This document shows positions 40,040-58,100 of a DNA stretch of 64,000 nt, piece by piece (position 1 is the stretch's first letter; every line of letters starts with the position of its first letter). The position numbers and the translations under genes are program-made. The notes under the pieces were generated by a model. It was given only the letters and a program-made list of their open reading frames with translations. It did not search any database and was not told the DNA's origin. Source of the DNA: Eledone cirrhosa (taxonomy: Eukaryota); assembly GCA_964016885.1 (NCBI GenBank), contig OZ024746.1:18786001-18850000 (forward strand). Reading direction: 5' to 3'.

Positions 40040-41902
40040 AGTATAGATGATGAAAATAATAATAATAGTGGTAGTAGTAGTAGTAATAATAGTAAGAAAT
40101 ACACTCGCAGAAATATATTGGGTGGGGGTGGGGGGAGGGGATGAATAACTATCGATCAAATACTTTGGTTGGTGGGGAAGTGTAAAATCACGAAAACTTT
40201 CCGAATATTTTAAACCGATTGATTATAACGGAGAACATATTGATAATCGAGATGACGATGGTGAGGGGGGGAGGGGACTATGATGACGACGACGGCGGCG
40301 ATGAAAATTTAAACGTCGAATGGAACCAGAAATGGCCGAATGTGTAGGTAAAGGGTTTTTGATTTTTCCGAACCTAAAATGTTGTGACAAGAATGGTAGC
40401 AGACATAGCTCTAATAGAACATTATTGGTGCTGGGTTCTAATATCATTATGTGTGTGTAGGTACCGGAATATAATAATCATAGGACTAAGGAGGCTTCAA
40501 GAGTGCTGGCTACGGTAGTATAGTAGAGATTAACTGACCGTTCTGTTGAAAGCTGTCAACAAACCACATGGTAGGAACCAGAGGTGGTGGTTGACCCCAG
40601 GGAGAGGCATCCCGAGGACAAAATAAAATAAAATAACCAACTCCCCCAAAACACTCAAAGTTGTTTTGTTTGCAACCCAGACAGAGATCCTTGTTTTGCT
40701 GGCAGGTGATTAAAACCAATAACACAGACAATCGACCTCATAACGAAATCTAACACAGCTTATTAAAGTAAAATAGCCTGTATGCAACAAGAAGAATATT
40801 TAAAATAAAAAACTAAAACAGACTCCTCAGCAAATAACTATCGACAGGAAACAAAAGGGGCGGACTCTTTTTCTATAGCTTCGTTTTTAGTTGTAACTGT
40901 TTTTTTTTTCTACATCCGTGGCAAGAATTTGCATCTGTCTGTCCGTTTCTTCTATATATCCATTTGTCTTTCCATCTCCTTCTCTCTCTTTTTATCTATA
41001 TCCATTCGTATGTTTGTCATTGAAGAATACATAAGTGATATTTTCCCTTTTTAAGTTAGTTGCGTCTGTTACTTAATCGTACCCATTTCATGAGACAGAA
41101 AGTTCTTAGTAGTTGTCAAGTTAGCTAACACGGTGCACTCTGGCAAGGAAATAAAAAGTTAGCTAAATGACAACAATAACATGGTGACAAATGTATCTGC
41201 AGCAGCAGTAGTAATAGTAGTGGTGGTGATGTCACAAGAAAAACAATAGCAGTGACATGGTTAGCGGAGGGTGTGCAGTGGGAGACAACACAAACACGAC
41301 GACGACCACCACCACCACCACGGATCAGCCGGCTACAAGTTGGCAATTTATAAAATCTACTACTATTAAAAGTTCAGTACAGTTCATTGATAAGCATGAC
41401 AACAACAATAACAGCCGCATTTTTCCATTTTATGAGTGGAGTGGTTACTACGAACGTTAAGAACTGGCTGTCCGAACGGGAGTGAGAGTAGAGAGAGAAA
41501 ATGAAAGAGAGTAGAGGAGTATATAGAGAGAGTAGAGTAGACAGAGGGGGAGTATATATAGAGAGTAAAGTAGAGAGAGAGAAGGATGGGTGCGGGGGAC
41601 CTTATGTACAAGGAGGGATGGTGCAGGATAGAGGAGAAAACATGTTGTAAAGGGCGAGCTAAGAACAAAACATGGAATTTGAGAAGCTTAGAGAGTCAGG
41701 GTGAAGGTGAGGTGGGTTGGGGTGATATAAGGAGTAAATAAAATTAAAAAAAAAACGTACCAGAAGGAATAGAGAGAGGAGAATGGAGAGAGAGAGAGAG
41801 AGAGTGAGGGGAGGGGGTCAGAAATATACAGAGAGGAAAGGAAATAATGGTTTCTATATAATAAAATGAGTTTAGAAATAAGGGCGGAGATGGAGGGAAA
41901 AT

Positions 41903-41938
<36 letters not shown>

Positions 41939-42400
41939 ATATGAGACAAGAAAAAAGAGGAGCCTCTCCCCAGCTCACCTTACCCCCACCTGCAAAATGT
42001 GAGAGACGGGAAAATGGAGTGAACACAGTGGAAGGTGGGGGAGGGGGGGCCTTTAAGGGGGCCTGGTGAAAATGGAGAATGAAAAAGGAGAGTTGGTCGG
42101 AAGGAGAGAGAGAGGAAGTAGGGAGAGAAAGGAGAGAGAGGGAGATGAGAGAGAGGGAGATGAGAGTGCGAGAAAGAGAGAGAGAGAGTGTGTGGTGTGG
42201 TGTGTGGTGTGTGTGTGGCGTGTAATGTCTATGGTCGGAGCTGATGGCTGTTTTAAAAGATTGGTTTACTATTAAATTCAAGATTGAGAAATGACATGCA
42301 TGAGTCAAATGAGTCAGTAAAGTTAGTTTATTTATTGTTAGCCAGAATACTGCACGATGAAAAAAATAATACTTCTTACAAGTTCTGAGTAGAAAGACAA
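40040..42400 (-). promoter_or_regulatory. Putative internal promoter/5' UTR region of the alternative first exon
   Basis: Largely SINE-free stretch with visibly more CpG than the rest of the window, plus GA/CT tracts, directly upstream of 40039; no TSS can be placed. Confidence 0.35.
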
Positions 42401-42571
42401 CAACAACAACAACAATAACAATAACGACGACCTCAGCAATAACAACAATTAAAACAATTGCTGAAAGGAGAGACTAACGGAGACAAACAACACATTTCTG
42501 TGGCTAGCAAATTATTGCAGTTATCAGCTGTTAGCATAATATCAACTCCTTCCTCTCCTCTCTTTCATGCA

Positions 42572-42611
42572 GACACACACACACATATATATATATATAC
42601 ACACACACACT

Positions 42612-42659
<48 letters not shown>

Positions 42660-42682
42660 CACACATATATACTCATACACAC

Positions 42683-42729
<47 letters not shown>

Positions 42730-42801
42730 TCATACACACACACACACACATATATATATACACACACACACATATATATATACACACACACACATATATA
42801 T

Positions 42802-42840
<39 letters not shown>

Positions 42841-42847
42841 CACTCAT

Positions 42848-42878
<31 letters not shown>

Positions 42879-42885
42879 CACTCAT

Positions 42886-42952
<67 letters not shown>

Positions 42953-42995
42953 CACTCATACACACACACATATATATATATATATATACACTCAT

Positions 42996-43049
<54 letters not shown>

Positions 43050-43647
43050 TCATACACACACACACATATATATATATATATATCATCATCATCATCATCA
43101 TCAACGTTTAACGTCCGTGTTCCACGCTTGCATGGGTTTGGACGGGGGTAGTCCCACTTGAGGCAAGAGTGATTGTCTTGCTCGCATAGGACTGTCTGGC
43201 GGGTTTTCTACAGCTGGATGCCCTTCCTAACACCAACCACATTTACAGTGTGGGGCTGGGAGGTTTATACCGTGTTGCCTACACAGCCACATTACAGCGT
43301 GGACTGTGTGTTTTTTTGTCGTGACACCTACACGATCTCATTTGTTTCGGCCTGGATGGTGTGGCACCAACACAACTTTACATAGAACGGGGTGGTGTGG
43401 ATGGGGTGGTGGGGGTGGGACGGCGTGTATTTTGTTAGAGATGCCTACTGGCAAGGCGGGTCTTCTCTGATATATATATATACAGTCATACACGCACACA
43501 TATATACACTCATACACATATATATATATATATATATACACTCATACACGCACACATATATACACTCATACACATATATATATATATATATATACACTCA
43601 TACACACACACATATATACACTCATACACATATATATATACACTCAT

Positions 43648-43678
<31 letters not shown>

Positions 43679-43685
43679 CACTCAT

Positions 43686-43753
<68 letters not shown>

Positions 43754-43870
43754 TCATACACGCACACATATATACACTCATACACATATATATATATATA
43801 CTCATACACGCACACACACATACATATATATATACACTCATACATACACACACACACATATACATACATT
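42572..43870. repeat. (CA)n/(TA)n compound microsatellites flanking a minus-strand SINE-like element (43083-43330)
   Basis: Direct inspection. Confidence 0.92.
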
Positions 43871-43936
43871 CAGCTATGATCAACATATAACTCACATGGC
43901 AAAACTTAAAGGAGCAAGATTTTAAGGACTATTGTA

Positions 43937-43979
<43 letters not shown>

Positions 43980-44184
43980 GATTGTTTCTACTTGAAGGAC
44001 AAGGCCAGCAATTTGAAGAGGAGGGGAAAGTCGATTAAATAGAACCCAGTGCATTACTGGTACTTCATTTTATCAAATCTGTAAGGATGAAAGGCAAAGT
44101 TGACTTTGACGGGATTTTAACTCAAACCGTAAAAGGTTGTAACTCTATGCTTTGGGTCTCATTCTCTCCCGATACTGCTAGTTC

Positions 44185-45692
<1,508 letters not shown>

Positions 45693-46303
45693 TGGTGGCT
45701 GCCAACTCGTTTTCGAGTACGGCCACTACTTTATATCCATGTAGGAGAACCCCTACCGATGCGCTGAACGAGTGTGACTTTTTAGTCCAGTCAGCGACTT
45801 GAAAACTCTGGTACAAAGACCACACTTGTGACAATTATTGACACATAGTGCTGGCCCATGGTACCATGTGACGACAAGTGCAGAGAGATCTCCAGAGATA
45901 AAGCAATGCCTGTGCCGTGAAGCTTTTATAGTGAGCAAAGGCACTGCACAAAGCCAGTCCCACTCTCTTAACCAAGATGATATTTACCAAAAAGAAGAAC
46001 AAGTCAACATCATTGGATACCATCAGGGTTGCAGGTGTTATATCAGAGTTTTCCTTCTCCTAGAATTCTGCCTTGACAAAGGCTAAGGGGTCATCTCTCC
46101 CGGTGATTTTGGATGGCCATTGACTCTTAAGAGCTCCTTTGCCCTTTGACAGGTTTTGTTTTTAGTCCTGCAGGATGTCCAAAGTCACCCTCCTCACCAA
46201 GAAACCTTGGTGGGGTTGCTAGTTTAGTCGCCAACGACCCGACCATGAGACAGGTTGTACTGGGATACATGTTACCAGTAGCACCAACTGGTGACCTGAC
46301 AAC
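45693..46303 (-). mobile_element. Non-autonomous bipartite RTE-like retroelement, copy 2 (longer 5' end)
   Basis: Near-identical to 5058-5644; 3' end encodes [25 protein letters not shown]. Confidence 0.78.
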
Positions 46304-46392
46304 ATATATATATATATACATATATACACACATATATATATATATACACATATATAAATATACATATATAAATATACATATATATATACATA

Positions 46393-46432
<40 letters not shown>

Positions 46433-46557
46433 CATATAGAGTGTTATATTGTTATTATTTCTGGAAATATAACAATATGACCCTCCCAAAGTATAACAAT
46501 ATTTGTTTCGACACATGATTTCATATCAACAACCTCGCAAAACAAACAAATATATAT

Positions 46558-46628
<71 letters not shown>

Positions 46629-46771
46629 ATGTAACAATTTTTTAATTATTTATTCTGTCGGATTAAAGAAAGAAAAAATCTTTAATTACACTTCTGTGCA
46701 TTTTCATCTTCCCCTTTTAACTATAACCTTTGTTTTCTATAGAACTTTACCTCATTTTTCATGTATGTATG

Positions 46772-46833
<62 letters not shown>

Positions 46834-46926
46834 CATCATCATCGTTTAACGTCCGTGTTCCACGCTTGCATGGGTTTGGACGGGGGTTTTCCCACTTGAG
46901 GCAAGAGTGATTGTCTTGCTCGCATA

Positions 46927-48050
46927 GGACTATCTGGCGGGTTTTCTACAGCTGGATGCCCTTCCTAACACCAACCACATTTACAGTGTGGGTCTGGGAG
47001 GTTTTTACCGTGTTGCCTACACGGCCACATTACAGCGTGGACTGTCTGGCGGGTTTGCTACAGCTGGATGCCCTTCCTAACACCAACCAAATTTACAGTG
47101 TGGGGCTGGGAGGTTTTTACCGTGTTGCCTACACGGCCACATTACAGCGTGGACTGTCTGGCGGGTTTGCTACAGCTGGATGCCCTTCCTAACACCAACC
47201 AAATTTACAGTGTGGGGCTGGGAGGTTTTTACCGTGTTGCCTACACGGCCACATTACAGCGTGGACTGTCTGGCGGGTTTGCTACAGCTGGATGCCCTTC
47301 CTAACACCAACCAAATTTACAGTGTGGGGCTGGGAGATTTTTACCGTGTTGCCTACACGGCCACATTACAGCGTGGACTGTCTGGCGGGTTTGCTACAGC
47401 TGGATGCCCTTCCTAACACCAACCACATTTACAGTGTGGGTCTGGGAGGTTTTTACCGTGTTGCCTACACGGCCACATTACAGCGTGGACTGTCTGGCAG
47501 GTTTGCTACAGCTGGATGCCCTTCCTAACACCAACCAAATTTACAGTGTGGGGCTGGGAGGTTTTTACCGTGTTGCCTACACGGCCACATTACAGCGTGG
47601 ACTGTCTGGCGGGTTTGCTACAGCTGGATGCCCTTCCTAACACCAACCAAATTTACAGTGTGGGGCTGGGAGGTTTTTACCGTGTTGCCTACACGGCCAC
47701 ATTACAGCGTGGACTGTCTGGCGGGTTTGCTACAGCTGGATGCCCTTCCTAACACCAACCAAATTTACAGTGTGGGGCTGGGAGGTTTTTACCGTGTTGC
47801 CTACATGGCCACATTACAGCGTGGACTGTCTGGCGGGTTTGCTACAGCTGGATGCCCTTCCTAACACCAACCAAATTTACAGTGTGGGGCTGGGAGGTTT
47901 TTACCATGTTGCCTACACGGCCACATTACAGCGTGGACTGTCTGGCGGGTTTGCTACAGCTGGATGCCCTTCCTAACACCAACCAAATTTACAGTGTGGG
48001 GCTGGGAGGTTTTTACCGTGTTGCCTACACGGCCACATTACAGCGTGGAC
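46927..48050. repeat. 112-bp satellite, 10 near-identical copies, amplified from a SINE body
   Basis: ggac(t)..ctggcggg at 46927, 47039 ... 48047; the single-copy unit is seen at 43189-43305. Confidence 0.97.
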
Positions 48051-48097
<47 letters not shown>

Positions 48098-48306
48098 CAT
48101 TGGAAAAATGATACACATGCCTGCACACACATACATACATTGCTGTGATTAACATAACTTACATGGTAAAACTTAAAGGAGGAATCTTTTAAGCCCTATT
48201 GTTTTGTACTACACCCCTGAAGACATGAAAACAAAACAGAAAGTGAAGGAGGTCAACCGGGGAGGGGTTCCACCAACAGGAGTGAGAAGCTATGGATTAA
48301 ATTGGA

Positions 48307-49381
<1,075 letters not shown>

Positions 49382-50189
49382 AGATCAAAAGATGGTTAAA
49401 AGAGTTTCAAGTATTTTATTATGCGCATTTCAAAAGCAAATATCATCATGGGATGATATCTGCGTTCTCATCAGATAAAATAGGGATACATGATATGAAG
49501 CTTAAAAAACACTTGTGCCAAACAGTGGGACTGAACCTGAAACCATATGGTTGCAAACAAACTCAATCACACAGGTGTGTGTGTGTGGAGTGGGTGGGGT
49601 TGTCACTACTCTCCTTGTATTCGACCTAGCAGGTGGTGCTATATTTTCACATTCAGCATAAACAGGAACCCTGCTCCTTGTTCAGACATGTGAAAAACTA
49701 ACTGTACCTTACTTAGAAAGAAAAGTGAGGGTTACTGCCAGGAAGGGCAACTGGCCATAGAATTCTGCCTAAAAAAAAATCTCATCCAGCCCATGCTAAC
49801 ATAAAAAAAAACCAGATGTAAAACAGATGATGACACACATACTTATATACTCAGGAGACTATGTTATGTAGATGTAGTTGCAACGAAGAGATGATGACAC
49901 ACACACACCCAGGAGACTATGTTATGCAAATATAGTTGTAACAAGGATTTATACCATAAGTATAAACATTAAATTTTCTATGAAATCCATCACTGCCTCA
50001 TTTCAGATATTTTCCATAACATACTTTTTTTTGCAATTCTGCAAAACTATTTTTCAACTGGTAAAAACTTGTCTCAATTAATCCAAGCAAGCTTCAGTAG
50101 TCTATGCTATGTTGGTCGAAACTAATAAGTCAGAAACAAGTTCATAGCTGTTACTTTGCTTGATAGGAAAGTTTGGGTATTTGGTCTCT

Positions 50190-51566
50190 TCGTTTTCACC
50201 CACTTGTTCCTGAGAGGGTCTCGGGGGCAGAGTCCTTCCAGCAGGTCTAGTCAGAAGCAACCATCTCCAATTGATTTGGCTGGATCCCCAAGTGAGATCA
50301 GTTGAGCTTGTGGATGTTATTCAACCATCTTGCTCAGGTCTACCCCTGGGTCTCCTGCTGGTTGGTTTTGACCGTAAAATCTGTCCAGCAATTCTTTCCT
50401 GGGATATTCTAACCACATGTCTGTAGTAACAGAGCTGCAGTTCTTTCCTGGCATATTCTAACCACATGTCTGTAGTAACAGAGCTGCAGTTCTTTCCAGG
50501 GATATTCTAACCACATGTCTGTAATAACAGAGCTGCAGTTCTTTCCTGGGATATTCTAACCACATGTCTGTAATAACAGAGCTGCAGTTCTTTCCAGGGA
50601 TATTCTAACCACATGTCTGTAATAACAGAGCTGCAATTCTTTCCTGGGATATTCTAACCACATGTCTGTAATAACAGAGCTACAGTTCTTTCTTGGGATA
50701 TTCTAACCACATGTCTGTAATAACAGAGCTGCAGTTCTTTCCTGGCATATTCTAACCACATGTCTGTAATAACAGAGCTGCAGTTCTTTCCTGGGATATT
50801 CTAACCACATGTCTGTAATAACAGAGCTGCAGTTCTTTCCTGGGATATTCTAACCACATGTCTGTAATAACAGAGCTGCAGTTCTTTCCTGGCATATTCT
50901 AACCACATGTCTGTAATAACAGAGCTGCAGTTCTTTCCTGGGATATTCTAACCACATGTCTGTAATAACAGAGCTGCAGTTCTTTCCTGGCATATTCTAA
51001 CCACATGTCTGTAATAACAGAGCTGCAGTTCTTTCCTGGCATATTCTAACCACATGTCTGTAGTAACAGAGCTACAGTTCTTTCCAGGGATATTCTAACC
51101 ACATGTCTGTAATAACAGAGCTGCAGTTCTTTCCTGGGATATTCTAACCACATGTCTGTAATAACAGAGCTACAGTTCTTTCCTGGGATATTCTAACCAC
51201 ATGTCTGTAATAACAGAGCTGCAGTTCTTTCCTGGGATATTCTAACCACATGTCTGTAATAACAGAGCTGCAGTTCTTTCCTGGGATATTCTAACCACAT
51301 GTCTGTAATAACAGAGCTACAGTTCTTTCCTGGGATATTCTAACCACATGTCTGTAATAACAGAGCTGCAGTTCTTTCCTGGGATATTCTAACCACATGT
51401 CTGTAATAACAGAGCTGCAGTTCTTTCCTGGCATATTCTAACCACATGTCTGTAATAACAGAGCTGCAGTTCTTTCCTGGCATATTCTAACCACATGTCT
51501 GTAATAACAGAGCTACAGTTCTTTCCTGGGATATTCTAACCACATGCCCAAAATAGCAGAGCTGGT
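50190..51566 (-). mobile_element. RTE LINE 3' fragment containing an amplified internal segment
   Basis: QLCYFGHVVRISQERIAGQILRSKPTSRRPRGRP, homologous to 11300-11510. Confidence 0.75.
50392..51547. repeat. 49-bp minisatellite, about 23.6 copies
   Basis: ttctttcctgggatattctaaccacatgtctgtaataacagagctgcag with starts from 50392 to 51519 (23 x 49). Confidence 0.97.
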
Positions 51567-54500
51567 ATTTACCCTTAATATGAAAATACAATTTTCCATG
51601 AAATTCTCAACCATTTTTTCCTGAGCCCCTCATAATTAACTCTAGGTTTTCCGTTTCTTTCTCTAAAAGTTAAATTTCAATTTATTAAGATAAAACTTCA
51701 GGTAAAACTACCTGAATTTCTACAATTCATGCTATTGGCCTACTTTAGTCATTTCCCTTGGCTTATTTTTAAGCCCCCATATCCACCCCTCCCCCACCAC
51801 CAGGCTTCCTCCTGTGTTATGGAAACTCAGGTTACAGAATTCTATGTTTATGGAAATTGTAAAATATGATCAGAAATTTGGGGGTAAACAAATTCAGCTG
51901 ACTTTTTTTTTCATTGATCTCCAGTATGTACCCTTGTCTGTATATGTACCAAGTTGACTTGGCCTAGCAACTAATTTCATTCTTTTTTTTTCCTTTTTAT
52001 TTCCATTTTTACATTCATAATAATAAGGATTCTTGATTTAGGCACAAGGCCAACCAACAATTTGGGGGCAGGAGATAGTTGATTAAATCTTCCTCAGTAC
52101 ATTACTGGTATTTTATTTTATCGACTCCATAGGAATGAAAGGCAAAACTAACCTCAGCAGCAAATTAATCCTGTGATAGACTGGCGTCCTGTCTAGGGAG
52201 AGGCTTGTACAGTCAGTTGCTTAATGCCAAGGAAACCAGTGATAAGAACCAGCTTGATGAGTCTTTGGCTTAGAACTGACTTTAAGAATCTGTCAACATT
52301 ACTAAAAGTCAGTAACCAGAAAAGTGAAGTAAATTCTTATCGACCCTTGATCATTCCATTAGTCAAGTGATTTCAGGAGCTGTTGTGTAATTGATAGGTG
52401 GGAGGGGGGGGGGGGTGAAGGAGCCATACAGTTTAGACGTCAATATGATGAAATATCTAGATTTTTACAAATGAAAACCTAAATAAAAAATCCAAATTAA
52501 ATTAATTAAATTTTCATAGATTATCTATGATTAAAAACTAATAAAATAACCCCCTCCCCATATGCACAGCGGAATCTAATATGATGAAAGCCTACTACAA
52601 AAACAAGAACTCTCATCATTTGATCTCCAGTGCTGAACTTACCTATAAGCTAAATAAGCTATAACTTATAAACATGTATAATTATTTAAATTTTTTATAA
52701 CTGAATGTGTTAAGCGGAAGGCCTCAAATTTCATATAGCTTAGGGTCTCAGTAGTTGAAAGTCCAGCCATGCTGCTCTTGGAATTATTACTTCAGGACTA
52801 CATGAAGTTCTAACAATGTTATTAGCCCTACTATAGATTGGTAGGGACAATAACAGTGTTAGAACCTCTCCTAATAATTTCAATATTTGTAATTAAATTA
52901 CAAAAGCAATTCATGCATTTTAATTAGCAAAAAATGTGGTTGGTGTTAGGAAGGGCATCCAGCTGTAAAATACACAGCCAAATTTACAGTCCTCGCTGGA
53001 GCAAGGTGCGACATGGCCAACCATGGCCAGACTTGCTTTTCAGCATGGGCAACCTGTCTAACCCATGCAAGCTAAACAGAAATGATGATGAATGATGAAT
53101 GATGAAACACTTGTTACAACTCATGCAAGTGTCGAAAACAGACCTTAAATGATGATGATGATATGAAGAATTATATAGAAATATTAATAATATGAAACCT
53201 GTTGAAACAATATTTTGAAATAAGAAGAAAAACAGAGTAAATTAAAGAAAATAACTAATGAAACACCAACTGATAATTATAACTATTGAAAAATAATTTG
53301 GAAATATTGATGTAGTTGGATAGATATATTGTTTAGTTTGTTTTACTGTTTCTTGGTCATATATCTCAGAAATGACTGGTGAGAGAGAGGGGGAGAGAGG
53401 ATGAGAGAGAGGGGGAGAAAGGAGGAGAGAGAGGGGGAGAGAGAGGGGGAGAGAGAAGGGAGAGAGAGAATGGAGAGAGAGAGGGAGAGAGAGAAAAAGA
53501 GGGGTTGAATGAAAAATTCAAATTCATAACTTGATTAAAGACATTAGACTCATCAGTGGATTAGGGCAGACTACTAATTAATTAATGATAGGAATGCATT
53601 ACTAATCATCTTTAAAGCCTTGGGGGGTGAGGAAGGAGGGGTAATGTATTCATCAGATTTCTTATTTTTTTTATGGCCCAATTTCAATGTAAATATGACA
53701 CCAAAATATTGCGTGAGAGAGAGAGTGTGTGAGGGGAAGGATATTGTGTGAAAGTGTTTTGGGGAGGGATGGAGAAGATAGTGTTGGGAGTGGGGATGGA
53801 GAAGATAGTGTTGGGAGTGGGGAGGGAGAAGATATTGTGTGAAAGTGTGTGTGTATCAGTGAAAGATGGTGAAAGTGTGTGTGTGTTGGGGAAGGATGGA
53901 GGACCGAGTGGAAGAGAAACTGCAACAATTGGGTAAAGTTTTCAAAGAAACAGGCCAAAACAATAAAATAAAATAAAATAAAATAAATAAAAATAAAAAG
54001 CACCAATATATGACATGCCAGAATATCCTATTTCTTTGTAGATGATTCTGAATGTGTTTCGTGCATATTTCAGACAGAATATGGAGACATTGCTTGTTGA
54101 CGTTTTTTACTGACTTTAGTCATTAGACTGAGGCAATGCAAGGATTTTTTGACATAATTTTACATCCAAGATCACATTACATATATGTGTCTCTTACTTT
54201 GTTACACACACACATCTTTTCTCATTTACTTCACCTTCTACTCTAATTCTTTCAATCTATGTCTCTCTCTCTCTCTCTCACATTTATATTGTGTGCTGGG
54301 TGCTTTTTGTCGTGACACCAACACCTATACAGTGTGTGTTGGGTGCTTTTTGGTGTGACACCTACACAACCACTTTACAGTGTGGGCTGGGTGCTTTTTG
54401 TTGTGACACCTACACGACCATGACACCTCCTACATATATTTATATATTTATTTGAAAAAAGAGTAGAATTACTTCACAGGTGGTTGATATTCTTTAATAG

Positions 54501-55088
54501 TTCAAATCTTTACAGTGAGTTGTTATTGATATTAGTCCTGGTAAGTTGAAATATCAATAATGAATTACTATAAAGATTTTAACTAATAAGGAGTACCAAA
54601 CACCAGTGGAGTCATCCTTCTCTTATATCATCATCATCAGTATATATGTTTTTCCATGGGTTGGATGGGTCCTTCTCAGCAAAACATCTCTCCACTCATT
54701 GCATTTTTTTTGTCATCTCCTCTGAGAGTCTCATTGATTTGAGGCCAGCTCTCACCACCTCTGCCCAGGTCTTTCTTGGTCTACCTCTACTGCAACTTCC
54801 TTCCACTGGCATTCCCTGGCACTTCTTCACCCATAGGTCATTACATTACCCATGTGCATCACATGTCCGTACCAACAGATATATATATATATATATATAT
54901 ATTGTAATGTGGTTGGTGTTAGGAAGGACATCCAGCCATAGAAACCAAGCCAAAATATAGATCCATATGAGCATGATGTGGTCTTTAGACTTGACAACCC
55001 ATCTAACCCATGCTAGTGTAGAAAAATAGATGTTAAATGATGGTGATATATAAACACACACACACATGCAAATATATGCGTTCAAAGG

Positions 55089-55182
55089 TGAAAAAAATAA
55101 GACAAGGTGAAGTAATTAATAGATCCATCGTTTAACAATCATTTCTGATTAATTAACTACTTCACCTCGTCTTATTCTTTCA
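55089..55182. repeat. Short fold-back/MITE-like inverted repeat
   Basis: tgaaaaaaataagacaaggtgaagtaattaat vs attaactacttcacctcgtcttattctttca. Confidence 0.75.
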
Positions 55183-58100
55183 TTGTTTAACATTATATAC
55201 CTAATTGTAAAGTGGTCATGCTAGTAACACGACAAAAAGCACCCAGTCCACCCTGTAAAATGGTCGAGTTAGTAACACAACCAAAAACACCCAGTCCACC
55301 CTGTAAAATGGTCGAGCTAGTAACACAACCAAAAACACCCAGTTCACCCTGTAAAGTGGTTATACTAGTACCACGACAAAAAGCACCCAGTCCAACCTGT
55401 CAGTGGTTGTTTTGGTGCACCAATATAAGCACCCAGTGCACGTTGTAAGCTTGGTTGGCATTAGTAAGAGCATCCAGCTGTAGAAACCAAGCCAGAAACA
55501 GTTGTGTATGAGCAATACATGATCCTCTGATCTGACAAGTCTCACAATGTGACAACTTGTTTAACCCATGCTAGCGTGGAAAAATGGACATTAAATGATG
55601 ATGGTGACTATTTCATATCTGTAAACTATACCTAGTAAGTTGCTTCCATCTAGTATTTAAATTCATATTTCCCTTAACTCTACATATTAATGTCGATACA
55701 CACACACATTATAATCGTGTTGTAGAAATCAATCAATATATAGAGTATATAAAAAAAAAACAAAGGTAAGCAAATGAATGTAATTAGTGTCCAAGGAAAC
55801 AGAAAGGTGACTTTCCTTAAAAGCCATTCACTAAGCTAATCCATATAGGATTCCAAATATTTCTGTAACAAATCAATAAGCTTTTGAGTATCCCCTGCAT
55901 AACATTTACAACAAAGATTTAAGAAACTGTGATTTGAAAGACTTGACCTAGACTAAATTATCAGATCTAAACACTGGTAGTATTGGTAGAGGGTCAGACG
56001 CCATGCTTTGCAGCATAGAGTTATGGCCCTTTATGATCCGAGTTCAAATCCTGCAGAGGTTAACTTTGCCTTTCATCCTTACAGGGTTGATAAAATAAAG
56101 TACCAGTAATGCACTGAGTAATTGCTGGCCTTGTGCCAAAAGTAGAAACAATTATTTTGCAAAGTAAGTACACTGAAATAGGAACTTTTGAGACACCTTG
56201 TATAAAACAATAGTTCCATTGAAGGAGTGATGCTAGAGTTGTGAAATCTTGCATGCATCAATTTCAACTATTATTAATAACTGCATTGTTTCTTTCCAGG
56301 GACTATGTTGAAAAATAAACCTCATTTGGTCATTCCATGAGAGTATCTTGGTCAGTCTATGAACTTTTCAGCTAACCCTCATAATTAATCTATAGAATAT
56401 AAAACAGTTCAGAAGTTCCTGAGCTCAAATTATTTACAATATTAGCATAATATTTCGTTCAGACAATATTAGCATAATATTTCATTCATATAATATTGCT
56501 GAGTATTTATTGTGAATGTATTAGCATATGTATTTATATCTTGGGTCATATCTATAAAGTTACTTTTATAGAGTTCGCCATTGTATATAGAAGTTATGGG
56601 ACATCTACGATGATTAGAAAGCTTTTCTATTGTTCCAATAACTCACTATCTAATCAGCCAAAATTCCATAATTTTTTTAATTCGAAGTTAAAATATATAA
56701 ACCCTACATATATAAACCAAAGAGAAATAAAATTTCAAAGCAAAAATAGTTATTCTTTTAAAATACAGACAAAATAAATAATATATATAAATAATAATTG
56801 TTTCTACTTTTGGCACAAGGCCAGCAATTTGGGGGGAGGGGAAAGTCAATTAAATCGATCCCAGTGCACCAGTACTTTAGCAGTTTGACTAAAAGAAATT
56901 GATAAAATAAATATCAGACTTGGGTGGGCAAACCATGTCTTGCTTATATATGTCACTTTTTGTTTTTGCCAGATGAACCTTCTAACACCAACTGCTTTAC
57001 AGAGTACACAGGATGCATTTTAGTGTGACACCACCACTGAGCAACATTAAAGAGCATTCTCTACACTATATTGCCTGCTATGAACCCAGTTGATTGTAGG
57101 GGCACTAATGAAGCCTTTGCCTTTTTGTAGTACAAGGGTCAATAACCTTGGCAGAATGTATCCCTCCCAACCACTGGAGAAGTTGAAAATGGTACCTCAA
57201 TTTTACCTCTGCATATAGCAGGGAGTAGTTTCTGTCTTGAAATATCTATTTACACATATAATGGCCAACTATTTTAGACTATATTTGTTGTGAACACAAG
57301 TAGAGGTAAACCATGGAAGACCTGGGCAGAGGTGGTAAGAGCTGACCTCAAATCACTGAAACTCACAGAGGAGATGACAAAGGAACACAATGATGGAGAG
57401 ATGCTGTGCTGAAAAGGACTTGCCCAACACATGCAAGCATGGAAGAACAGCCATAAAATGATGACGATGACGAGGTAGTGCTGTTAACAAGATATAAACT
57501 TCTAAGCTCTCAGTTGAATACTAACTACTGCATCAATGTTGTTATGTCCCGACACATAAAAACAATTGATTAAACAATTCAAGTGAACATCTATAATGAG
57601 GTAGTAGGCTGCGATATCCAGTGTAATTACATTAAAGAAAAATAATGAAATAACAAAACAGCTAGAAAGCCACTTCATAATGACAGAAAGATCTCTATGA
57701 TTCTTCTTAAACAATTACTCACCACTTACACAGCTTACGTAAACAACAAGTTGTCTGTATTTCAAAACTAAAGTTAGTACAACAATATTACTAGCCAATA
57801 AAATACAAAAATATTGGAGAAGATAAAAACCAGAAAATATATTCATAAAAACATCTTTTCTTATTGAACCGAGTCTCAACTCTAAACATTCTTAAATATT
57901 TATTTGTTTATCTATAACGGAATATAGTAACAAATGGTAGATAATATTAATTGATGTGTATGGTATATATAAACAATACCAATGAATCTCTCTGACTATT
58001 TTAGTAACATTTCTTTTACAAAGGTCAATGTATTAAGTGTAAGTGGAAAAAGGGTCTTAGTGTTATAAAGAATAATGTCTTTCTTGGTTAAAAGAACTTC

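Noticed and set aside
46911-48152. Series of near-identical 78-aa ORFs
   Set aside because: Artefact of the 112-bp tandem unit derived from a non-coding SINE
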